From assembly GCA_973851085.1 (NCBI GenBank), contig OZ316775.1, forward strand, positions 11,532,001-11,596,000: 64,000 nucleotides of DNA, written 5' to 3'. The position numbers and the translations under genes were made by a program. This document shows positions 38,001 through 52,300 of the stretch, piece after piece; within the stretch, counting starts at the first letter, position 1, and every line of letters begins with the position of its first letter. Under the pieces are notes generated by a model that made no database searches, had not been told where the DNA came from, and saw nothing but the letters and a program-made list of their open reading frames with translations. This DNA comes from Ptychomitrium polyphyllum. Its lineage: Eukaryota.

Positions 38001-41000
38001 CAAATAAAGAGCTAGTTTGATCAACAAGTCATTTAATGCATGCACAAGATCATATTATCATTGTCATGAAAATTAAAATAGAAGCACTACTTGATAAAAA
38101 AGATACATTCTTTGAAATTTTCTTGCTCCATGAGCACTAAAGTAAACAAAGTACACGTAATTTTTTGTCCAAATTCAACCACTTTGTAAAACCAAAGCTT
38201 CAATATTTATTTAATGCTAGGGTATTGGTATCTATACTAATCTCTTTTGAGTGTAAATGTATATGGAAATTCAACTATCACTTAAATAATGGTCATATTC
38301 TTGTAGGTGATTCTACAAAAATTGCATTCTAGATTATTTCTTTTATATTTTCATTCATTTGTAAATGCATATGTTTTCTTCATCTATCATACAAAGCCAT
38401 TGCTTCAATACTTCTTTGCCAAATGCAACAGCCTTAAAAGGTTTAAAAACCAATTTAGACTTTTATATTTTATCTTTGATAAGCCTTCTTGTAGAATGTG
38501 AAAGTCAATGGTAAATCAACTTTGTTTATTTAATAGCTTGTAAGCCTTTACTTGAACTAGTAGGTGCGTAAATCATTTTGTTGTATATGTAAAATAATTT
38601 TTTTTGCATGGGCTCAATGTTTTGAATAATACTAAATGCACTCTGCAATAATTTCTTTTGGATCCATTGTAATTTTACTTTGAGAAGATTGCATATGTGC
38701 CCATGGTAGATTTGTTGCCTATGCATTTTGGATTCTTTATCATATCTCATATTGAAGGCTCTTCAATACAGGAGTGACATCTTTTCTAAATTGATTTCTT
38801 TGCTTAGCAAAATTATTGTGTTTCAATGAGAACAATTGATAAGGTCAATACGAGAACTTTTTTTTTCTTCATTTTTGGCTTTGATTCATGGAATTTGTCT
38901 TTGTCCTTCCCTTTCACAGCTAGCTCTTTGTTCTTCCAAATTCTCAACAATAATGCTTTGTTCCTTCAATTCACAATAGAATAGAGAGGAAATAACAAAG
39001 ATCTAATGACTTTGGCATTTTAACTGTAATTGATGTGGTAGTTCATTTATGGAAAAGGAAACCTTCTTTGATGGTAGAATTTGAGGTTGTTGTTAATTTA
39101 AAATTTAGTTATAATAATTAACTAACCTTACCAAAATAATCAACACTATATTTCTTACACAATGTTATGGATTTTTACTAAGAATCATTTTTTCAACTAA
39201 AGCAAAGCAGAAGTAAAAACTAATATAGGCAACAATAATCTAGGTTTTTTTATAACATTTTGTTGTATGTTAAGCTATATCGAGCATTATTTTATAGCCC
39301 TGCATGTTATCCTTAGAAGAACCAAAGAGAGTCTTGATAATTTAATAAAATCCTCTTCATCCTTGTTCAGTAGGTGAACCATAATGATGGCAACGAATGT
39401 TATAAAGTAAATTCAACATTGACGTGGGAATAGAAGCGTGTCATTATTGCCAAGTGCCTTTACTATTACAATGAACATGTTTGGTTTTCTGTGCATTAAT
39501 ATAATCCACTGATTTTGGTAAGGGTGATATTCTCCACTACCTGAAACTATTGTGAATTTCCTCAAGATGTTTTTTTGGTTGCTACAGAACATTCTCATCT
39601 GCAAATATACCAAAAGAGCATTCGCTGAGCATATGCCCAAACTCACCAATGAAACTCTCCAAATTGGCATAACTCAAGGAACGTTTCCACTGCCGAAGGC
39701 CGAGTGGGTAAGAATGTTACGAAAGCACAGTAAGTCAAATATCTTCTACTCTGCGAGTGAGGTTACCACAGCACCAAATATTCTTGTGGCATCAACTGTG
39801 GGTTGGTGCAGCAGTGCACTTGCAGCCAAGTCACGACGGTTCCTTTAGTATTATAAGATTGCTGTGCAGCTTCTTCATCACCACTGTGTACCAACTTATG
39901 TACTACTCAAATTCGCAGTTTGTGAATTGTAAATCTGACGCGTTTGAGTTTGGGAAACAGTTGGGAACGATCCTTTGTTATCAGAATCCTGTGGTGATAT
40001 GTGAAAATGAAGCTCTTTGAGTAATCGTTTTCGAGATGGATGGTACCTGAAATTCACTACAATTTGTTCTCAGCTGACAAGAAATGGAAAATGAAAACTT
40101 TGTGGCTATTGTTATCTCACATACCAGTAGTGGGACAGCAGGGAGGTCTAGGAGGCTCAGAATCATCTAAGAATTCTCCGGGGCTCCAACAGTGGTCTCC
40201 AAGCTCGAACTTGCTGTTGTGATGAGGCCCTGTCGTTGGATCAGCTGAGAGCCAACAAGCTGTGCAAATGATGTACAGCAAATCCACCACCAGGGCTCCT
40301 ACTACCTTCCTGCCGCAGAAAACCTGCTTGCACTGCAGAGCCTGTTTATTATAATGTTTTTCTGTGCTAGCACATGCTATAAATCATGTGCGCATCTCCC
40401 ACCAATAGATTATGCACCTCATTTACATTTATGTGAATAATCTTCTAAACTAGTATATAGTAGGATAGGTTCTCCGCAATTATCCATTTCTATTATAGGA
40501 TCATGCAAAATCTATAACCAAAAGTAGAGTTGGATGAAGCACTAGTTGATATCAACAAGTATTGTGGATTCTTCTTTTCCATGGTTCTAGGTACATCTAG
40601 GGTCATTTTAAAGATTATGCTATTTTCAACTTTAACAATTTGCAAAGAAATTATGTTGAACATAAAATTTATGTTTTCATGTTAAAATGTCTTTCTACAA
40701 TGGGGACCTCACAAGAGTTGTACCATTTCAAACATGGATCTTCAGTCTATATTGAATTGTTTAATGAGGCAATTATAGCAAATATACTTTAAACGTGTTT
40801 GAAGATGTGGATCATTCTAAGAAACTTTGGATGTAGAGAATAAACTTTCTCTAATGGAGATTATATTGAACTCACCAGTCATGTGTTAGAATCAGTTTAA
40901 AAGCCAATCCAAAGAAGAAAATATTTATACTCATAGCAAAAATCTTCATAAGGCCAAAAATTAAATAAAATCATCCCATCCAAGTTGTGAGACAATCTAA

Positions 41001-43421
41001 AACAAAGCCTTGGCATTATTTTTTAGACTTTTTTATAAGGTAGAACTACACATTACCACTAGAAACCTATGGTCATCAACTACTAGAAGACTATAATCCA
41101 CCATGTCCATTATCTTTAACCATCATAAAATTTGAAGACAATAATCGTGATGTCAAAAATGTCATTAATAGACAACTTGTCATTTTTATGTCATTTTGGC
41201 ATCATGTCCACATCAAACATACATAAATTAAAACAATGTCAAAATGAAATAAAAATAAGATTATTCAAAATGACATGAAATTGACATAAATAAAAACCAT
41301 TGAAATGACTTCAAAACATTTTCAAAACCCATCCCATTATATGTTATTTTAACCTATTCCATCTTCATGTTAGTTTAATCCTACTTCAATGTTTTTTCAA
41401 TGCTATTTTTCTATTATTTCAACCAATGTTATTTCGATCTCATTTTGACATCATTCTTAAGTGGGTTGTGACACACATTCATTTTGGTAGGATGAATTTT
41501 TAGTCATACATCCCAGAATATAGCAAAAGAGAGGTTAAAATAATGACACAAGAAATGGGAAAAAATGAGATTCGTCATATAAATCTATTCATATCAATAT
41601 TATGTGCCTCCTGTTTCTTCTACTCACCAATCATGGGTAGAAAAAGCCTCTTCTTAACACTTCACTATTTATCATCTTCCTTGCACCAGTGCTACACAAA
41701 CGAAGTGCCTTCAACACTTCACCAAAAACTGAAGAGCAGTATGCTTGTAAGAGAAAGATTAGAATTCTAAACTGAGACTTGCTGTGATGCTTACAAGCAC
41801 CTTGGTCCATGTGGCTGATAGTCCGCACTCACCAACCTCCTTTCGTATATGCTAATCTCATTAACTGCACTAGCGGATCGTCGTCCAAGTGGCTCGACCA
41901 AAGTTGCTTTGATTAGTAAGATATTCTTACTGTTGACAGTGGGATATAATTGCTCATACGGTTGTATATTGTGTTTTTAAAGTTTGACACAAATAGAAGT
42001 TTGTCTGGTACATCATAGTGTATAGATTGTATGCTTGTGTGGCAGGTTGTTCGCATTGCAATGAGAGCGCATTCTTCGAGCTATAGAATCGTATAAAATT
42101 GGGCTTCTTCTATCTATTCTTGAGGATTCACAGTTACTGTTTTTCCTCCAATCTCATCAACCCGGTCTCAGATGGTGCAAAGCTTGGCATTGCTGTTTAT
42201 AACCAGTTCGCAAGTTAAGATAAATAACTTTTGCTATCGAGCTTCGAGCAATACAAGTTATTGAAGGCCTAAGTGACGGTTACTTTCCCTTGCAAAATAA
42301 AAATAAAAATTCAAGTACTGCATGTCTGAGATCTCTATCAGTCGCCCTAAGAAGTCATCTTTGAAAATAGAAATGATAGCCCAGAATGCATACCGTATCT
42401 CAGGGATTATATTGAGTCAAAACTGTTGGTATTAACGTTTCAGAAAGAAATGAATAAAGTGCACGAACGAGTGTACGAAAAACAGGTTTTTACATTGAAT
42501 TTTCAATGCTACAGCTTCGTAGAGAAGATTGTAGGTTTGTGATTATGGAGCATGTTGAGATCTATTAGGATATCTCGGTTTACAAACCCTGCAAAGATCA
42601 GATGTTAACTAAAGATCTGGCTCCAATGGTCCGTGTCACCTGAATGCATAAATGACTAAAATGTAAGTACGTTATAAAGTATATTAACTCCAAAAATTGT
42701 GAGTGATTCTATTAGTGTTATCCGTTCCAAGTGGTAAGGCAAACATTTGAACAGTCGTCAACTTTTCATGCAACTGATTCAGAAGTTCTGAGCCATAGAG
42801 TTCCAGCGTTTCTTTCCTGGTACTATACATGGCACACAAAGTAACTTGGCCACCACCAGGTTCCTAAATGAGAAAACCAATTTCTAACAATGTAAACAAC
42901 ACTACAGCTCCACCTCAGAGATCGAAAGGACCCCTCATCGTTGCTTTCAAACTAGTTTGTGAGGTGCACCCTGCAACGATCCCAAATTGCATATCAAAGA
43001 CACAAGGCATTGCAATCAAATGATACCACAAGATTGAGCAATTTTGAACAAGGGGCCCACAAAAGAGCTTCAATGTTTTCATATGATAAGCGGATGGAAG
43101 ACTCTTAAGTCTGCATTATGAAAAAAAACTTTTGTACAATCTACAATTTATGAAATTAACACAAAATTTTTACTATGGCTGACACCAACGACAGGGTGCA
43201 CACGTACCTTATCCTATAAATACATACTAGCTCAATGAGAAGATCAAAATCCAGGGTCTTTGCACACCTTTACACACAACGTCACAAAGCACCAATCAAC
43301 GGAACGGTGGAATCTTAAACAGACTTGAGATAAAGATTCCTAAATAATACTTTCCAAGGCAGACTAACCAGACATATGATCCGCTAAGCAGAGCAGAAAA
43401 AACATGGTGCTTCTCAGGGCT

Positions 43422-46400
43422 TTAATGCGTAATAGAGAGAAGAATTATGCCAATCAAGACAACGATATTCGCAGCCCACAAGCTGACCAAGGCATTCCCA
43501 CTCGACTCCTCAAAGTAGAGCGTCCCCCAAATTCCGGCAACAATAATTCCACATTGAAACCTGGAAAAGGCCACTTGGTCCATTAAAAATCTTTACACCG
43601 AACAGCCTGCACCTCCTAATCACCTAGACAAATGATTCTCCTCAGCACATAAACTTGCCTGAGAAAGAGTATCTTTCCATCAGAGCCGTTGACAAACATA
43701 ACATCAAAACTCAACAATTTAATCCAAAGGGAAGATCTCGAACAAACTGAAACGCAGCTATAGACCCTTCTCATAGTTACATGCTAGACGAAAAACTAAA
43801 CTCGTAAAGTATCAATGCACAAATACCGCTAATAGAAAAAAGAATTACACGCTGCTATGAGTAAAGTAAACTCCACTCACAATGGATATGCAACCGAGAA
43901 GCCAACATAAAATACCGCTAAAACGCTCAGCATATTCCCTGAAAACCGCAAATATATAAGTAAGTAAAATTCTGATCACTAGAGACATGTACTTTGAAAC
44001 ATAAAAGTATGTACGACAACCTCACTACAGAATATATGATTATTCAAAATTATGTAAAGCCACTGCAAGCTGGGGAAGTACCAGTAACTTTCCAAAACCA
44101 TGTGCTAGGTTTGATGTCAGCCATACGTCTTAAAAGGCAAATTTTTAGGTGCAAAAAAATGCGTTTGAAGAAATAGATATAAAAGCAATCGAAGGCTAGA
44201 CAGACCTGTACGAATAAAACCGAAAATGCATGTTTCAACTCTACTACTTGCTTAGCGTAGCACTTTACAGCAAAAGGCCAACTTACCAATGTTCCATAAG
44301 AAGCCAGAAAAGATGCCAGGAGCAGCTGCATCCTGAGCGGCAAAATCAGGAATCTCGCATGATGATGATAGATACGGCAAAGCAGTCGCAATTGGGGTGA
44401 AAATAGCCACAGCGATCCCAAAAGACGGTAAGAACGCATTACCCTGTAGGAAGTCAGATTGTGTACTGAGTTTAGGATTTGAGAACACCACACCGCACAG
44501 AACGCAGACATTAAAAAGGAATATTGAACTTATCTGTCGATACTGACAGAATTTACATAAATTAAAGTGGCTTCCAGTATCTAATATCACTAATTTTGGA
44601 TTGACAGATGATAGTGACAAACAAAATACCGACAGAAACACAATTTTCTGGATACAAGACACTTCAATATACAGAGAAAATATCATACTTTGCGGACATT
44701 GACTTTGTAAGAAAAACACGCAAAAATACTAGTACTTGAAGCTCTCACCTTGGCCGCATCAGGTGCCATAGCTGCAGGAATCTGCAAGAAACACATCATA
44801 GACTCACAAACTTGTAAAAAAACTAAAATGCTCAAAAACCAGTTCCTGAAGATAAGATTATCAGAGAACACAAGGCTAGCTAAACATTGCAAACACAAGT
44901 CGTCCAATATAATATCAGAATAAGGACATACTGATACTTCAGAACTTTTTAGAGAAGTTAAAATCAACAACACTGAATGCTCATTTAAAACAGTTATTAC
45001 AAGTACAGTAGCATTACAATCGCATTACAAAGTATGAAAACAATTCCCTTCCTTGAGGTTCAATAAAAAGCGTGCTATGCGTGAGGATAGATCGCTGACT
45101 AACAGAATTTCGTACCATAACCAATCCACCCAATATGCCAGCTAGAACTGCCGAAAACACGCCGGCAGAAAAGCTACGTGAGGCAGGTTCTCCCATCAGA
45201 ATCTGCATCAGTTAAACCAATATTTGAGACAAAGCCTTTTGAAGAGCAGCTTGCAATGTAAAAATCATCCCCCAATACGAAAATAGCTATCTACAGCTAT
45301 CTGACTAGAAGATGGCAATCAAAGAGGCTCGATCCGATCGGTCTCACATTTTTTGGTTTTGCAATATTGCTCTGCCCTGCGACATTCGAGAGCTTGCGGT
45401 GTTGAACCCAACCTGCAAAGGAAGGCTGCAAAACCACTGGGCTCTAAAGGCTTTAACCCTGCTATCTTGAAAGTTCAACACCTTTACTACAAAATACTTA
45501 ACTCGTAAATTGTGCCATATCATTCAGTGAAGTCACCCGTATCATTTTTAGCGGTGTTTATGACGTTCAAAGTTCACCTGAGACTGGATGAGCGCCTGAG
45601 TGTGATCGTCATCCTCGTAAAATTCTTGTGGCTCCCAGCTCATGTGGCCTGACCACGCAACTCCAACTGTAAAATCAAGTTGAACTTGTCAGATACTTTA
45701 ATCATTAAGTCACACTGGGGGAATTTCACAGTCCGCAAAGAATATAGAAGCAATATTACAGTAGGAGTTGTCATACTATTGTGTGTAACATATATAAGCA
45801 TAAATATTACATTATAATCTACTTCATGTTCCCAGCTATCACAACATAAATATTAGCCTGAGAAACTATAAAAAGGCAACGAAAAGGGAACAAGTGGTAC
45901 CAATGCCCACTACAATGACAAGAATAGCCAGCCCTGCCACGAAAAAGTGCTCTGTTGCACCCTCCATCCATTCACGAGCCATGAACGACACTGCAATCGA
46001 ATACATGCAACTCTTTATTCAAACGGCTGAGCTTCCGTGGTCGTCTTTCTGAATGTTAGAATAGAAATCAAGACACTTACAGTAGCATTAGTAATAATTA
46101 AATGCCTTAATAACACCTTAATAATGTTCTTTGTCGAGGTAAATATAGAGCCAAAGTCTAATTTCTTAAATCCAGATGTTGACTGCTCAAAAAGGTGCTT
46201 TAAATTATTGAAATCTTACTTAATCAAACATTGAACCTCAGAAACCTATAAAACAGACTGCCAGTTTCAGATATCGTACCCTACCATAAGCATGAAACCA
46301 TCGTTTTTAATTACTGGCTTCTGATCTAGGAAGATAGTTAAATGTTAAACTTTGAAGGCTAAAGAAAGAACAAACAACTACAGTCACTGACGTCGATCTC

Positions 46401-48397
46401 TCTAATTTAAAAACTGTCCTTAGACAACGTACGCACGAGAAAGGTCGTGAAAACGACAAATCTTACCCACAGCGGCCGTCCCAGCCCAAATGCCATAAGC
46501 AACTGCAAATAGAACCCGTAACAACAACATTAGTAAAATGCAACAGTAGGCTCGGCCACATGACTGGTAACATCAAGATGGCGAGGTAAAAGAATGACTA
46601 AAAAAATAATTAACTAATAATAATAACTATAAAAAAAAATTAACTAAAATGACATTGCAAAACACTAAAATGTACCATTATTCGCAAGCATTACTCATTT
46701 GAAAGGATCACAGAGAAGACTCGCACACGCTTCTGCAATCTATGACCAACTCATATCATATGAAAAAGATATAGCATGTGCTCTTAGATGCTTACATCCT
46801 AGCGTACACATAATTCGACTACCAAAAGAAACATTCGCTAATATCGAATGTATAGAATTTGCATTATAAGACTAATATAAACTTGCAACGATAAAGTAGT
46901 GAACGTGGTGGTAGAGTCTGAGTTTGAACCTGCAACACCAAGCAGCCGAACAGCCCTGAAAACGTTGATGAACGAAAGAACAAAAAAAACCCCACTAAGT
47001 AGACCCTGCAAAGCGAAGACAAATTTGTATTTGAACAGCACCAGCAAACTGCTCAGCACCACTCCCATACTGCTTGTCACAACAACATCACAACGTCACT
47101 AAGTTAAAGACAACAAATCATACGTAGCATATCAACCTCTACAACAAAAGTAATAAACCCTGATTTATGAGATACAATTCGAGTCGACATAATGTAAATT
47201 ATTAGCCCATGCGAATCAAACTACCCAGCTAAGCTTCTCCACCAGGATAAATAAGATCATACAACCGTGTGCTCAAAAGTTTCTCCCAAATACAATGATC
47301 ACATCTACAAGATGTAACCTGTGTTTCCAAAATCGTCCGTTACTTTATATGTGCTAGTCCGAAACGAATTGTGATCGTTTTATTCTATAAGCTTCTCTTG
47401 TACAATTGGAAGTACCTCAATGAAAAGTTAATTGGACTGCTTGATAAACAAAAGCAGCATATCGGAAAACTCCATACTTCCTTCAATTGTACAAGGAAAT
47501 TACAATAATTAGTGTCGAAGCTTTCGAATCAACGACCTATCACCCTCTCAACAAATTTTGTCAATGCAGTTGCTGCTCCACATACTATAATATATTTAAC
47601 CTAGTAAGGACATCAATATGTCATTGTTTTGCAATTTTCCTAAAATGTACCCCTGGGACCTTGCGTTGATCAATTCCAAGCAGACCATGTCTTTGCCTGT
47701 GGGTCATCCATCCGTTCTTCGAGTACCAAGCCAAAACTACTTCCCCGGATTTCAAAATCACGAGAAAACTAAGTAACATAAAAATACCTTTACACCTGAT
47801 CCTTTCAGATCCAATTCCCAAGAAAGGCAGATGTCAACTACCAATTTGACATGCCCCCGCGAAATATCTCACAAAAGGCCTCTTCCACCGTCTTCAATGG
47901 AACTACAGTTGTTCAGCCCCGATCGTGACATTGAAGTGATACATAAACCAGCGAGGACGACCCTATCTCATAGAATAGGTCAACCCCATGAACCATCCAT
48001 CACTCAATAAACCACGAAAAACACCATGCCCACCCTTCAAAGTCACATAACAAGGTCACCCCAAAATTTCCCACAACCCCTAATTTTCCATCGACGAAGA
48101 GAAACGCAACACATACCAAGCCCAGAAGTTGAAGATGAGAGCAGACACACGCGTGCGTCGCATGTAACGAGTCTTGGACAAAACAGCGAAGCTGCCATTC
48201 GCCACCGCCGACAACATGGCCAAAAAAACGCCGATTGCAATCGCCCTCCCGCCTCCCGCCATCATAAACTTCTCCTCGTCCCACTGCGCAGCTTCCAGCA
48301 TAGCCCCCATCAGCCCAAACCTCCCACCCCCTCCTCTCACCACCGAGTCAGGCCCCATCACGGGTACCATCTCAGGTACCATCTCCAGCACCATCAT
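43422..48397 (-). CDS. TMEM144-like multi-pass membrane transporter (DMT superfamily), multi-exon
   Basis: Spliced TM segments GVFLAMLSAVANGSFAVLSK, ALIFNFWAC, AVRLLGVAVAYGIWAGTAAVVSF, GVFSAVLAGILGGLVMIP, FLPSFGIAV, PGIFSGFLWNIGNMLSV, VGFSVAYPLFQCGIIVAGIWGTLYFEE. TAA ends at 43422. The exact start codon is uncertain. Confidence 0.8.
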
Positions 48398-49128
48398 CGC
48401 CCAAAACAAAACCACTACAGCACTGCTCTTCCTTCCTGCACTTCACGACCCCCCTCCATGGACCCAAAGTCCTGCACCTCCCACGATCCTCGCAGCATGC
48501 AGAGAGCGCAAGATCACAACTAGCGGCGTGGGTCGACTCTGCTCTGCGTCCCTGTCTGGGAATTCGTGTCGCCTGCGCTCACAGGTGCGTTGCAACAACA
48601 CCAGCGCGACCCTGCAAACGCCACGCCGGGAGCCTCATACGCAAATGCGCCACCATAATCTAAACCCACATCATGTACCTGAGAAGTACACTATACTCTA
48701 GGATCTACGATATTGTTAGATAATCCGCCCGTTTCAGATGCTGTAACGGTTTCCTGGACACCACAAGGACTGGACTCGACTGAATGAAGGAGGGGGCTGT
48801 AAACCCAAACCCCGCCATCGCGTCCCAAAACTGCAATACTTTAGAGAACTACAACATTTCGGAATGGGGCTTTTACTGACTTTGAAGATATTGCAGCTTC
48901 GGCATGTAGTATCGGTTTTGTATTTACACATGTCCAACTGATTGAAAAGCCGTCATTGAGCACCCCGGGCGTACATTGAGGTTCCAGAATCTAAAATCCG
49001 AGTAGATAGTGTTGCTCTCTTGGGGAGAAACGAGGGCTCTTGCGTGGAGGCGCAAGTGAGGGCGGGAGTCTGAGGTAAGACGACCGCGTGGTGGGGTTGG
49101 CCAGCAGGGCGCGACAGGAGGGACGGGA

Positions 49129-49301
49129 CCACGTGGCAGGGGGAAGTGGATGTGGTGAGTCAGAGGCGGAATCGCTCCACCTTGCTGTGGAGAGTGCACA
49201 GTGGTGGCTTCAGATTCCGGTCGCGGTTGACTTTGTGTAGGGCAGCCGTGTGAGGGTGCAGGGCCCCTGTGTGTGTGGGCCTGGGCCTCTGCTGACGTGG
49301 C
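49129..49301. promoter_or_regulatory. Pair of ABRE/G-box-type elements (CCACGTGGC 49129-49137; TGACGTGGC 49293-49301) in a GC-rich island upstream of the TMEM144-like gene
   Basis: Both contain the ACGTGGC core. Function is inferred only. Confidence 0.4.
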
Positions 49302-52300
49302 CTGCTGTTGTACTGGTGAGTCACACATTATATGGAGCATTGATGCACATGGAATACAAAGTTCGAGTGTTGATGAGAGTTTTTTGCCGAGGCAAGTACA
49401 TGTCTAGATTCCTCATGCAAGGAGCTGCATACTTGGGTGTACATATGGAGTAATTTTTATGATTGTTGTTTTTGGAAAAAGTACAGAAATGGAGTATGGA
49501 TGCGAAATATTGCATAGTCGACGACCCGGTAAAAGTTTACAATGTGTTCATCAAATCTTTACTTTTTAGTGGAATGTGGGCTATGGGGTACATGGCAAGA
49601 TGACCAGGTTTCATTTCACTCCAGTGGAATTAGTGGCCCAATATTACTAGAAATCATACAAAATAGTATTGATGTTGAAATATTAAGAAGGCGCTCTTGC
49701 AAGGAGATAAGAATCGGTCAAGAACTTTAGCCTATTTGCTAAGTAAAAGCAAGATGTATAAGAAAAATACATTTTTGTTTCTCTTCAATTAATACCTTTT
49801 GCTTTCATTTAAATAATGGTTTTAGTTTTTCCTTAAATTGTATAATAATAATAATAATAAAATGGATGATATACTTTCACTCAATTGTTGTACTTGTATT
49901 TTCATCTAAGCAAAATTTACAAATTAAAAATAACTATGCACATATAAAAAGTTAGTTTTTTTTTTTTCTTACATGCATTTTATTTTTGTTGGAAGTTTGA
50001 TATCGCATTTTTTTGCATCAATATGATAGTATTATGTTCTTCTTTGTAATAACATTGTTCATATTTTAGGAATGATTTACTAAACAACTAACATATTACC
50101 AAGTACTAAGCATCAATTGCTACAAAATCATTTAGTATCAGTTGTAAAAAAAAAGAAATGCATCTTACATGCCACAAATGCCTACAAAAGTTAATTACTA
50201 ATTATAAATAATATTCTTATGTCTATAAAGTCAACCCTTTTGTTCAAATAATTACATTATGATGTTGAATATTAAAATTTATAGCCTAAATAGTAAAAAA
50301 ATTAATTAATTTTTTTGAAATTTTACCACTTTAAAAAAAAACAAAGTTTAAATAATGTTTACACATATTCATATTTACAAACTATATAGTAATAAATAGT
50401 AAGAATTTAATTACAATAACTATATTTTTTTAAATTGCCTTTTGAACATGTTTTACGTCCATTACATTGGAAGAATATTACTCTATACATTGCAACTTCT
50501 ATTTGGCACTACAAAGCTTCAAAAAAAACTATTATAGAATATAATCTTGCACAAGACTTTATTAAAATATAGTTTCTTTTAAATGGTTGAATTTATAAGC
50601 GATTTATAAAATTTTATTTAAAGTTTGTATCTTTTTTATACAATAAATTACCATTGCACATGATATATACAAAATGTAACTTTTTAGATTGGCTAATTTC
50701 TTATATATACTTTTAAAACAATGGATTATTTAATTAATACTTGTAATAGCATTTTAAAACTAAGTCTTTATAAATTGAATTTTCTTAGTTGAAAATTGTT
50801 AAAAATCACTACTACATATTAAATTATATATATTTTTAAAATTTTAGTATTCAATGAATTTTATTAGATGAAAATGACTTTGATTTTATAACTTAAAATT
50901 GCATTCTTAATTAATTTAAAATTTAAAACTTAACAAATCTATTCATATTTCAAAAAATCACTTAGAAGAAGTTAAATTTTTAGGTTATCTTTTGTTAATT
51001 CAAATATGATTTCAAAAAATTCTTAGAAATCTTTACAATATGTTTAGATGTGTTATATTTAAATTTTCAAGTTCATTGTATGATTATTTTCTTTTTAATT
51101 GATTCATGCTTAATCAATCCTTTGATTAAAAATTAAAAAAAAATATATATGAACAAGTTAATAATATGTGAATTAATAAAAAGAATTAATGTCACTTAAG
51201 TACATGCATTAAAAATAAAACTTGAAAAAAATGAGATATTTAAATAAACTTAGTTTTCAGTTTCTTTTCCTTTTTTAGACTCTTTGCTTAATTTTTGAAA
51301 GAGCTAGATGGATATTACTACTTGAATTTAAAATATATGCAAAATGTGCAAAGTTTAATTTTTTTCTATTATTTCAATTTAATAATTTTACTTCTAATAG
51401 TTTATTTTTATTATTACAGTGATATGTATTTAACCTGAATCCATTAAAAAACTTTCATAAAACATTTAAATTAGGAGATTATTGTTCTTTGTTTATTATA
51501 TGGATAATACTCTTATAAAACAAACCAGATGGATGCTCTTGTTTTTTTAGTCCTTAACTAAATGAATTTGTTGATTTTTTTTATGTTATTTCATATTCAA
51601 CTAATTAATGTATACATATGCTCTTCAATCTCTATTAGTGTGGATAAATTTCTTTTCTAAATTTTCTAAAAATTGAAGTATATTACATATTATAAACTTC
51701 CAGCAGAGGATATAAAAGGCTAATTCTTTCATGAGTATGAATTCCAAATTTAATAGAATTAAACTAAAATCAAAATATCTTCAAAATAATTTATTTATAT
51801 TATATCTATTTTATTATGTATTTTATGAATTTTTTACGTAAAAGAAACTTTAAAAAATGCAGATAAAGTTCTTTTGATTTGAAGGAAATTGAGGTTTTGA
51901 TCTATAGATGCTTGCATTTAAAACTTAAAAACCAATTTAATAAGTTTCTTAATTAAAACTTATTGAATAAACATTATTTCCAATGTCATGATTGAATTGA
52001 AGATGCTAAAATGAAATATTGTATATTCTATTCAAAATGGAGAAGTATTAGTTGAATATGAAAAACAATATGGACCCTAACAAAGTTTCTAATTAAATTA
52101 AATAATTTTTTTTTATTATTAGTAATTGTTAGTATTTCTGATTGAGCCATCTTGACCAGAATATCTTACAGATAAACGAGATAAAATGATAACATGTATT
52201 TCAATGGAAAAATTTAGCTTCAATTCTTCATTTTTATCTTTAAATGAATGTAAATTTAATTAATCATAAGCATCAACGCTAAATAAACAACGCATTCCAT

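Noticed and set aside
41100..41520. Weak inverted similarity (ATGTCAAAATGA / TCATTTTGACAT) suggesting a MITE
   Set aside because: No defined terminal inverted repeats or target-site duplication could be established.
48026..48701. Pro/His-rich plus-strand ORFs (165 and 175 aa)
   Set aside because: Antisense to the GC-rich first exon and leader of the TMEM144-like gene.
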